The notes under the pieces: generated by a model
Told to the model about the DNA's origin: nothing
The model's input: only the letters and a program-made list of their open reading frames with translations
The model's database searches: none
Assembly: GCA_964016885.1 (NCBI GenBank)
Contig: OZ024751.1
Span: 42,098,001 to 42,162,000 of the forward strand
Reading direction: 5' to 3'
Source of the DNA: Eledone cirrhosa
Lineage: Eukaryota
Length of the DNA: 64,000 nucleotides
Translations under genes and position numbers: made by a program
In this document: positions 37,103 to 47,185 of the stretch, one piece after another
Layout: each line of letters opens with the position of its first letter
Position numbering within the stretch: position 1 is the stretch's first letter

Positions 37103-38301
37103 TGTTTCAAACAAAACATTATTTTTTACACTCTACGCAATGCTTCAAACTAACTACAGCACTTTTTTATTCCTCTGTAGATATTAAAACCTGGCCTTGG
37201 AACTGTTAGAGTAATTATGTGTGTGTATGTCACAGGCTGAGCAGTTTTAGTCCTAGGTTTTTAACCTCATTAGAACTGTCTTACCACAAACACATGCATC
37301 CCTCTAGTACTTTCTTTTAACTCTTTAATGTCCTATACCACATGAAACAGCAAATTTAATTTACTGCAAATTTTGACAATCTGTCCACCAGTAAAGATGC
37401 TATAAATATTTGAATTAACAAACCACATTAGTAAGGCATAATTGAAAAATATAAAACAAAACTGGCTGCATCACATTAAAAATTAATGTCTGCAATTTAA
37501 TTTACTGCAAATTTTGACAACGATCTCTCTACTAGTAAAAATTAACTATAAACAAGTTAGTATGTGTTGAAACAGCGAGTGAGTTTGAAATTAGAAATAG
37601 AAGCTTTTGTCGTATTTGTTTTCCATTTCTCAGAGGGTTCAAAACCCCACTATCAGGCTAAAAATTTCTTTAGTAAAAAGAAAATATGTTGAAAGATTCT
37701 ATTTCTAGTTTTAACTATAAACATTTGAATTAACAAACCACGTTTTAAAACATTTTCTACTAAATTATTAGAGTTTTTAAGAGTGAATACAATAAACAAC
37801 TTTTACTAAAACTATGTGAAATATTTATTGACTTACATAAGAGAATAGTTTGCCAACAAAATGATGTAAGCTAATGATTTTTAATTTTAGCACAAGGCCA
37901 GAAATTTTTCATGAATTATTTCCTCATATAGATGGCAAATTGGTCAGAATCACTGGCATGTCGGTTAAAATGTGTTGCGGCATTCATTCCGATTCTCTGC
38001 ACTCTTTGAGTTCAAATCCCACCGAGGTTAACGTCCTTTCATCCTCTCAAGGTTGATAACAAAAAAAAAAAATAGCAGTCCAGTACTGAGGTCGATTCTT
38101 CCTCTCTCTATCTCCTCTCTTTTGCCTCTTTCTTTATTTCCTCTCTCTCTTGTCTCTTGTGAAGAAATCAGCTGTTCAAACCTGAAGAACGAAATATACT
38201 CTACCAGGTTTAAAATCTCCCAAGAGATACCATATGTCAAAATGGTGCCCACTACAACTCTACCAGGAGTTACAGCTCCATACATACATTGTTTTCTCAT
38301 T

Positions 38302-38476
38302 AATCTCTTACACATGTGTATCAATTCTCTTACACATGGGTATCAATTCTCTTACACATGTGTATCAATTCTCTTACACATGTGTATCAATTCTCTTACA
38401 CATGTGTATCAATTCTCTTACACATGTGTATCAATTCTCTTACACATGTGTATCAATTCTCTTACACATGTGTATC
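38302..38476. repeat. 22-bp minisatellite (TATCAATTCTCTTACACATGTG)n
   Basis: About 8 visible units. Confidence 0.93.
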
Positions 38477-38761
38477 ATATATTTATATGTTTTTAGATGG
38501 AGGAATAAATTTTAAAGAACTTAGTCTTAGCTATTTATGCTTTTTGTGTACATGTGTACACTCACATTTGTGTGTATATATGAATATAATATACATATAT
38601 GATAATAAACATCTACACATTTAATTATATATTAAATTGCTTATATATATATAATGTGTGTGTGCGCATGTGTTTATATATATATATATAAACACGCATG
38701 CATGCATACGCATATATATAAGTATGGACGAGGTGTCAAATTTTCATTACATTTTATCAGG

Positions 38762-38844
38762 TGTGACGTGCGTTTCATGATTGATCAGCTCAAGGTTTGA
38801 TCTGTATTGATCAAGCCTGACTCTGGACTCAAGCTCATCAGACT
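38762..38844 (-). ncRNA. Degenerate hammerhead, single-arm copy of the 35136/42670 family
   Basis: Minus strand: GT-CTGATGA-...AGAGTCAGGCTTGATC...GCTGATCAATCAT-GAA-ACGCACGT-C-AC; TA tracts on both sides. Confidence 0.55.
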
Positions 38845-39969
38845 TCTGTTAGTGCAATATATATATATATATATGTGTGTGTGTATATATTTTTTTTTAT
38901 TCCCCACCCCACCAAAAATTGATGTTAATTTGTTTAACAGTTCATTGCTATAATGACCATCTCTGCAATATTTCATGATAATCCATAATTATTGTTGTTA
39001 TTATTTCTCATCATAGTAAATATTTTGAGAGAGAGAGAAAGAACAAGTAAAATGGTTTTGTCTGAGTTGTGCCATTAGAATTGGTTTGATTAGTAGAACC
39101 TCTTTGTATTAAATATTGCCAAAACACATTCTGTAAAATGATGATGATGATGTATATGTATAAAAAAAATAAAAAAAACAACAGAAACCAAAGTTTTCTT
39201 TACATGCAAAAATTATTATTATTATTTATTTTTTTATTTATTCCTTTAGATATGTAAATTTTGGCCACAAAAACAATTTAACATGAACCCTGTGTGCCAA
39301 TAAATTGTTTGGTTATTCTAAGTATAGTTTTGAAAAAATTCAAGTTTATTTTCAAGGTACAATTTTTCTTTCCACTTTATATTCTAAACATGATTTTATT
39401 TTTAATTTAAAAAAAAAATTTTTTTAGTATTCTATTGAATCTTTCTGAGTTTTTTTTAATCTTTTTTATTTATTCATTTTTTAATTGAATTTTTTAAAAA
39501 TAATTTCTCATATAATTTTGCATTTAAAATTCTGTTCACTCACAACACGCAAAAAAAAAAAAAATTATCAAAAATTAAACAATATGCTCATGATCTTGAT
39601 TAATCATTCAAATAGTCAAACTCTCAAAATTGAGATTTTTCTTTAAACTTCGAAAAAGAAAAAAAAAAAAAATTTGTTTTTCTTTTGTTTTTTTCCTTAA
39701 CCACTAATTTGAAGCTCTAGACAATGTTAAACAAAGCACCTGAACTACCTGTTACCTGTTTCTTCATTGTCATCACTGAAGGTATACTTGTTATTTGGAG
39801 ACAGTCTTGGGATATTATGATTATCTACTAAAATTAGAAATACAATTTCACACTTGTTTCTTCTATGTAAAATGCTTTCCCTATTTCTTTGTTAATCTTC
39901 TTCAGCATGTATTAAACAAGTTAAGAAATTTTATACAAATGTTGTTACTTCCTTCTTTTCCTTTCCTTC

Positions 39970-40008
<39 letters not shown>

Positions 40009-40236
40009 TGGTCAATATCCACACATCACTCAAAGGGTCCAAGAAGACTCTTCAGTTTTGTCAAGGACATGACAACATTTATAGTACTGGTGCACCTAGT
40101 ACACTCAGTAAACATGGTTGATGTTTTAGCAAGTACATCCAGCTGTACAAACTATGCCAAAAACAAAATGTATTTAAACAAATAAGGGTGTTGATTACTC
40201 TAACCTGTAAACAAACTCCTTAGAAAATACCATAAA

Positions 40237-40454
40237 CCCTTTAGCATTTAAACTGGCCGTATCCGGCCAGAATTCTCTCACCTCTTTCTGTTCAAAGCGG
40301 CCGTAACTGGCCATTCATATTGATATTAAGGTATTGTTCCCAAAATAAATATCAAAATCTCGTAGATTCAATATTATGTGAGATAATTATGTAAGGTAAA
40401 GACTTTACTATGAAAATACAATAGTAAATATAGAGTAATGTGAATGCTAAAGGG
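40237..40454 (+). mobile_element. MITE family 1
   Basis: TIRs CCCTTTAGCATT/AATGCTAAAGGG-TTAA. Confidence 0.85.
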
Positions 40455-40568
40455 TTAAACCAACTACTGCCCTGTACTCATAATTTCCATTATTAACCTA
40501 AATATCTGTCGGTTGTGTTGGTGACATGACGAACAAAAAGTTTCCAGTTCACACTAAATGTCGGCGCG

Positions 40569-40778
40569 AGGAAGGGCATTCAGCTCTAGAAACTAAGCCA
40601 CAAACAGTTTTGTCAGTGCTAGGAAGGGCATTCAGCTCTAGAAACCAAGCCACAAATAGTTTTGTCAGCGCTAGTAAGGGCGTTCAGTTCTAGAAACCAA
40701 GCCGCAAACAGTTTTGTCAGCGCTAGGAAGGGCGTTCAGCTCTAGAAACCAAGCCACAAACAGTTATGTCAGCGCTAG
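40569..40778 (+). repeat. 52-bp tandem repeat derived from the SINE/LINE 3' module (AGGAAGGGCATTCAGCTCTAGAAACC...)
   Basis: Four units; a fifth resumes at 41204 after the inserted SINE. Confidence 0.85.
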
Positions 40779-41203
40779 GGAGGCGCATGACTTAGTGGTT
40801 AGAGCATTGGGCTTGCAATCGAAAGGTTGTGAGTTCAATTCTCAGACCGGGTGATGTGTTGTTTCCTTGAGCAAGACGCTTTATTTCACATTGCTCCAGT
40901 TTACTCAGCTGTAGAAATGAGATGATAGGGACTGGGGTCCCTATCATTCCACTGCAAAGTGGTCGTGGAGGTGCCACGGCAAAAAAGCACTCAGCCCACA
41001 CTGTAAAGTGGACGTGTAGGCGCCACGGAAAAGCACCCAGCATGCACTGTAAATGAGGTTGGTGTTAGGAAGGGCATCCAGCTGTAGAAATCAGGCCAGA
41101 ATCAGTTCCCGTATGAACAAGAAAAGGTCAGCTGACCGGACACTGCCCACAACAGGACAATAGTCCAACCCATGCAAGCAGGGTAAAGCGGACGTATGAT
41201 GAT
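40779..41203 (+). mobile_element. SINE family B, long form
   Basis: Homologous to 24244, with extra internal segments that are also present at 59880-60150. Confidence 0.9.
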
Positions 41204-41892
41204 AGGAAGGGTGTTGAGCTCTAGAAACCAAGCCACAAATAGTTTTTGTATGAGCAACACAGATATCTGATCTGACTTATCTCAATTGGCCAACTTGTGT
41301 TGGTGAGGGGGAAAAACAGATATTAAATGATATCATCATTGTTTAACGTCTGTTTTTCCATGCATGGGTTTCATGAGTCATCCACATAATGAGAAGTTTG
41401 ACAGGTGTCCATGCAACCTTGCTCAAACAGAACTGTATTTTGGCTGTTTCTTTTTGTTGTTTTTTTTACAGTTGGATGCCCTTCTTAACACCAACCACGT
41501 TTACAGTGTGGAACTGGGTGGTTCTGTTATGAAGGGGCTCTGGTTGGTTGGTTGCGTCGTACCTTGCTGATGACGGAACCATATTTTGGGAGCTGGGAGG
41601 TCTGGCCAGCCAGCCATGCTGTACCTTGTTCATAGCAAGACCATGTATTAGCTGGATGCCCTGCCTAAACACTATGTTTACAGCCTGGGGCTGGGTGGTC
41701 CCATTACGAGGAATTTCAAGCCAGTTGGCCACATTGTACCTTGCTCATAGTGGGACCATGTTTTGCCTGAGCCTTTACAACTGCTGGATGCCCTTTCTAA
41801 CAAATGGTATATATTTATGGATGTGTATATATATATTCGGTATACAAAGAGGCAATTCACTTCTAGCACTCGATGTCATATTACTTCTTTAA

Positions 41893-42407
41893 CCCTTTCG
41901 CATTTACATCAGGGGTTCTCAACCTTTTTTTCACTGTGGACCACCTAAACTTTTAAATCTTTTGTAATAGAACTGTTACTTATAAGCAACAGTAGATGTT
42001 TTTTTCAATGAATTTAGAAAATGCTTTTATCATGTCGCAGTGCCTAAAAATCTACGCAAATAAACAGCTGAAGTCGTACTTATGCGAAGAATAAGAACAG
42101 CGCTTTAAGTCAAATGCATGGATCAAAAAAGAATTTGCTATTGAAAATTTTCTGTGGACCACTAGTGGTCCACATGGACCAGGTTGAGAACCACTGATTT
42201 ACATTACTCTATATTTAATATTGTATTTTCGCAGTAAAGGTTTCACCTCACATAATTATCTCACATAATATCGAATCTGAGATTTTGATATTATTTATTT
42301 TGAGAACAATACCTTAATGTTGGTATGAGTGGCTGGTTACAGCCAGTTTGAACAGGAAAAAGGGGACATAATTCTGGCCGGATATGGCCGGTTTAAATGC
42401 TAAAGGG
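41893..42407 (-). mobile_element. MITE family 1 (reverse orientation) interrupted by a hAT MITE
   Basis: TTAA on both sides; TIRs CCCTTTCGCATTT/AAATGCTAAAGGG. Confidence 0.85.
41910..42196. mobile_element. hAT MITE with perfect 8-bp TSD
   Basis: TIR CAGGGGTTCTCAACCT/AGGTTGAGAACCACTG; TSD ATTTACAT at 41902-41909 and 42197-42204. Confidence 0.92.
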
Positions 42408-42433
42408 TTAAAACAAGGATGACGGAGTATATT

Positions 42434-42627
42434 TATAAAGAGGAACATGCGAAGTTTTAGATGTTAGTCTTTTAATTAATTTAGCTGATATACGTATTTC
42501 CATAATTGCCTCAGAAATGTCACCTTTTACTCAGTTTTGTTGTCTGAAGAAATCACGATATCTATTGTCATGGAAATATGTATATCGGCTCAATTAATAA
42601 AAGACTCTTCGCATTTTCCTCTTTATA
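42434..42627. mobile_element. Degenerate fold-back element with hammerhead-like cores in both arms
   Basis: Imperfect arms; plus strand CTGAAGA(42544)...GAA-ATATGTAT-A; minus strand CTGAGG...GAA-ATACGTAT-A. Confidence 0.55.
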
Positions 42628-42631
42628 TATA

Positions 42632-42669
<38 letters not shown>

Positions 42670-42675
<6 letters not shown>

Positions 42676-43043
42676 AATAAAATAACAAGGACGATTGGTT
42701 TCTCCTTCGTTACATTTATTGGTTGGTGATGCGTGTTTCGCCACTGATCAGCTCAAGGTTCGATCTGACATGACTCTGTAATCCGCGGCTCATCAGACCC
42801 CTTGTAATAGTAATGGAAAAATGACGAACCGCGGATTACAGAGTCGGGTCAGATCGAACCTTGAGCTGATCAGTGGCGAAACGCGCGTCACCTACTAATA
42901 AACGTAATGAAGGAGTAACCAATCGTCCTTGTTATTTTATTTCACTATAATACACTCTGTCTAGCTCTACACCTCGACACTTAGTGAACCTAAACATTGA
43001 ATGCTCACCCAGGTGAACCTACAGTAACTCCAAGTTACACTCC

Positions 43044-43046
<3 letters not shown>
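42670..43046 (+). mobile_element. TA-embedded inverted-arm + tail element with hammerhead
   Basis: Arms ~42670-42795 and ~42822-42949, tail 42950-43046 homologous to 35422-35522, (TA)n on both sides. Confidence 0.88.
42725..42799 (-). ncRNA. Putative type I hammerhead ribozyme
   Basis: Minus strand: GGT-CTGATGA-GCCGCGGAT...ATCAGTGGC-GAA-ACACGCAT-C-ACC. The plus-strand arm keeps GAA-ACGCGCGT-C-ACC but starts ATGACGA (core C missing). Confidence 0.72.
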
Positions 43047-43090
<44 letters not shown>

Positions 43091-44074
43091 ATGTGTTGCT
43101 TCACTGCCTGATGAGACATCAACTCCTACATTTGGAAACAGTACAATAGCAAACTCAACATCGGTGTGTTTAACTCAAATATGTGTGTGTGAATTTGTAT
43201 AGTTAAATGGTGGTGATGATGATGATGATACCTATATCCTATAAACCAAGTTTAGACCCACGCCAGCCACTGGTATAGAGAAGAAGGGCATTATCAAGTT
43301 GCAACTGTCATATTGCATAGTCTCTATAATAAAACTATTGTTGTGTGATAAGTAAAACATGCCACCACCCTCCCCTCAGGTCTGTCAGGAAGGATAGTAG
43401 TGGTGGTGGTAATAGTAGTAGTGGTTGTGGTAGTAGTAGTAGTAATGGTGGTAGTAGTAGTAATGGTGGTAGTAGTAGTAATGGTGGTAGTAGTAGTAGC
43501 AGTGATGAATGTAATTGTAAGAGTTTGACATAAAAAGGAGTAGAAAAAATATTTTGTTACATTACAAAGACGACTTTATTTTGTCACCCATTGTGAATTG
43601 ATATTGTTACGCCTTATCGGCAGAACGTCGGACATTATGCTTTGCAGCATAGAGTTACGGCCCTTTACGTTCTGAGTTCAAATCCTGCTGAGGTTAGCTT
43701 TGCTTTTCATCCTTATAGGGTCGATAAACTAAATTACCAGTAACGTACTAGGGTCGATTTAATCGCCTCTCCCAGTCCTTTCAAATTGCTAGCATTGTGT
43801 CAAATGTAGAAACAGTTATTACACCTGACAGTAACAAACTTTATGCTTATCTAGCTTCCCATATTATGTATCCTCTTAATCTTCTTGTGACAAGGTTTTG
43901 ATATTATATTTGTGTTTGACTTTTGTTATCTACTCCGATGAATCCGACCTTAAGTGATTAAATGCTTTAAACACTCTTTGATTGTTATTAAAACATTTTT
44001 TTACCTGTTTTCTTTGATTACACATTTAATGTGTATTTAATTACAACTGTATAAATTTACAGTAGAATAACAGC

Positions 44075-44530
44075 AGTCCACGCTGTAATGTGGCCGTGTA
44101 GGCAACACGGTAAAAACCTCCCAGCCCCACACTGTAAATGTGGTTGGTGTTAGGAAGGGCATCCAGCTGTAGAAAACCTGCCAGACAGTCCACGCTGTAA
44201 TGTGGCCGTGTAGGCAACACGGTAAAAACCTCCCAGCCCCACACTGTAAATGTGGTTGGTGTTAGGAAGGGCATCCAGCTGTAGAAAACCTGCCAGACAG
44301 TCCACGCTGTAATGTGGCCGTGTAGGCAACACGGTAAAAACCTCCCAGCCCCACACTGTAAATGTGGTTGGTGTTAGGAAGGGTATCCAGCTGTAGAAAA
44401 CCTGCCAGACAGTCCACGCTGAAATGTGGCCGTGTAGGCAACACGGTAAAAACCTCCCAGCCCCACACTGTAAATGTGGTTGGTGTTAGGAAGGGCATCC
44501 AGCTGTAGAAAACTCGCCAGACAGTCCTAT
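44075..44530 (+). repeat. 112-bp tandem repeat (4 units) of the SINE-B/RTE 3' module, followed by its (TGA)n tail to ~44625
   Basis: Each unit contains CACACTGTAAATGTGGTTGGTGTTAGGAAGGGCATCCAGCTGTAGAAA. Confidence 0.9.
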
Positions 44531-45109
44531 GCGAGCAAGACAATCACTCTTGCCTCAAGTGGGAAAACCCCCGTCCAAACCCATGCAAGCGTGGAGCATG
44601 GACGTTAAACGATGATGATGATGACACAAATAACATTACAAACGCGTAAATAACATTATAAATTGTTTGCAATTCGTTCAGAAAGACATTGCAAATATGT
44701 CTAAACTGTATAATAACACAATAAATTCGATGAATAAAGATGATAAAAGAAAGAAAAAAAAGAAGAAAAGGGGGAGGGGGCAGTTGACCACCAGGTGTGA
44801 TAATCGGCCGCACCTCACAGCTTAGGGGTTAACTGCACATTTTGAGACAAGACAATACACTCACAGCATTACCACGGGTGATGATGAGGATAAGGTGCTG
44901 AAATAAATCACCACCTGTCCTTGTGGCCAATTAAGGGAGAAAGAATTTGTTATGAAGAACGCCACACATCAACTATTTTACAGGTGTGAATAAAGAAGCA
45001 GAAGCCCCCCCCCCCCCCCCGACACACACACGTTTGTATCTGTTAATATTTCCCCTTCCACACGAGATCAATAGCTGTGGAACTGTCGTAGTAACGTCTG
45101 CTTTTGTTG

Positions 45110-45182
45110 TCATTACTACTACTACTGCTGCTGCTACTACTACTATTATTACTACCGCTACTAATACTACTACTGATGCTGT

Positions 45183-45213
<31 letters not shown>

Positions 45214-45960
45214 ACTACTACTACTACTAATACTACTACTGATGCTGTTACTACTACTACTACTGCTGCTGCTGCTACTACTACTACTATTATTACTACT
45301 GCTACTAATACTACTACTGCTGCTGCTAGTACTACTACTATTACAACTACCATTACTACTACTACAGAAGTTCAATATTTACTGCAACTGTATTGAACCA
45401 ACCAACCAACCAACCAGCCAACCAACCAACCAACCAACCAACCAACCATCCAACCAACCAACCAGCCAGCCAGCCAACCAACCAACCACCCACTCAACCA
45501 GCCAACCAACTAACCAGCCAACCAACTAGCCAGCCAACCAACCAACCACCTACTCAACCAGCCAACCAAACAGCCAACCAACCAACCAACCAGTCAATCA
45601 ACCAACCAACCAACCAACCAGCCAACCAACCAACCAACCAACCAGCCAGCCAGCCAACCAACCAACCAACCAACCAACCAACCAACCAACCAACCAACCA
45701 ACCAACCAACCAGCCAATCAACCAACCAACCAGCCAATCAACCAACCAGCCAACCAACCAACCAACCAACCAACCAACAACCAACCAACCAACCAACCAA
45801 CCAACCAACCAACCGACCAGCCAATCAACCAACCAACCAGCCAATCAACCAACCAACCAACCAACCAGCCAACCAACCAACCAACCAACCAACAACCAAC
45901 CAACCAGCCAATCAGCCAACCAACCAACCAACAACCAGCCAACCAACCAACCAACCAGTC
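45110..45960. repeat. (ACT/GCT)n followed by (AACC)n microsatellites
   Basis: Directly visible. Confidence 0.95.
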
Positions 45961-46104
45961 AGTAAAGATTAACAGTTAATGTTGGTGTAAGTAAATTAGA
46001 TATCCAAATATTTTCCTTCCATAACATGCATTATTTAATCAACCAATCACAGTATCGTTTGTAATATTTTAAATAGTCTTTATACTGCCGTAACCAGCAT
46101 GTTT

Positions 46105-46176
46105 GGCTCGTTGGTCTAGGGGTATGATTCTCGCTTTGGGTGCGAGAGGTCCCGGGTTCGAATCCCGGACGAGCCC
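46105..46176 (+). tRNA. tRNA-Pro(TGG): tRNA-Pro, anticodon TGG
   Basis: 72-nt GGCTCGTTGGTCTAGGGGTATGATTCTCGCTTTGGGTGCGAGAGGTCCCGGGTTCGAATCCCGGACGAGCCC; canonical metazoan tRNA-Pro cloverleaf with TTTT shortly downstream. Confidence 0.97.
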
Positions 46177-46899
46177 CAAAGTTGTTTTGGTTATAATTAA
46201 TGGAGTATTGAATGAATTTTGTAAAATGTTTTTATATTTTTACCTTCTGAGGATTTCTCTTCTTTTTTCGGTAATTATTTATTTTATAGATTTGCTTTTT
46301 TATAATTAAAAAAATATTGTTTTGATTTGCAGTGAATGACATTACGCGAGGATTAATTAAAACTGCCGTTAATTTGCTTAACATTTTTATTGTTTTAGTA
46401 TTGTTTATTTTATCGACCTTCATAGGTCGATAAAATAAATTACAAGTTTAACACCGGTGTCGGTCTAATCGAGTCCCCGCCCCACCTCATTCCATATCTA
46501 AAATTGCTGGCCTTGTGCCTAAATTAGAAACAATATCATTCATTAGTTGAATTCGGGGCTTTTTCCTCAGACGGGCTGCTGACGTTCCGATCTTGCGGAG
46601 GCGCTCGGTGCAAAGAGTAAGCGGTGGGACGATCCTCGGTATTTGGCTTCCTTGTCTCTACATTTATCAATTCCCCTTCTTGTTGACGGTCAGTAATTAG
46701 ATATAATTTTTTTTATTTATCTTCTAATATTATATTTTATTAAGGTGTAACCGTCAATATAATATTACAAATAGAAAGAGAGAAGAGAAAAAGAAAAAAA
46801 CACACAAAAGCAGTTAATACATCTAGGACCACATACAATAAAAGACAGGCGAAAGGAGTGGACAACAGAGCTGTTACCACAATATCGCGAGGGGCATTG

Positions 46900-47150
46900 G
46901 GAAACCTCTCTAATGATTTTTTGGCAAGCCAGCACATTCGCAGCATTACCTCGGGTGATGACGAGACATGCGCTGGAACAACCAAGCGCCCTCGCGAGCT
47001 TCACCAGTTACCTCTGTTAGGCGAGCCGCCAGTGAAGATAGGTATCTCGCAGTCAGAAGCCCGACTCCCTCAAACGTCTCGAACGCCACAGGCTGGAAAA
47101 TACGGTATTTATTCCGCTTTTCAGCCACTCCGAGTTTTAAATCCATCTTT
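46900..47150 (-). mobile_element. 3' coding end of an RLE-type (CRE/NeSL-like) non-LTR retrotransposon
   Basis: KRNKY..FQPVAFETFEGVG...RLTEVTGEAREGAWLFQRMS, then (frameshifted) RGNAANVL; typical post-endonuclease C-terminus. Confidence 0.7.
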
Positions 47151-47185
47151 TCTAGGTCTATAAAAAAAAAAGTACCTATCTAGTA

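Noticed and set aside
44973-45965. Mucin-like and QPTN-repeat ORFs
   Set aside because: Microsatellite translations.
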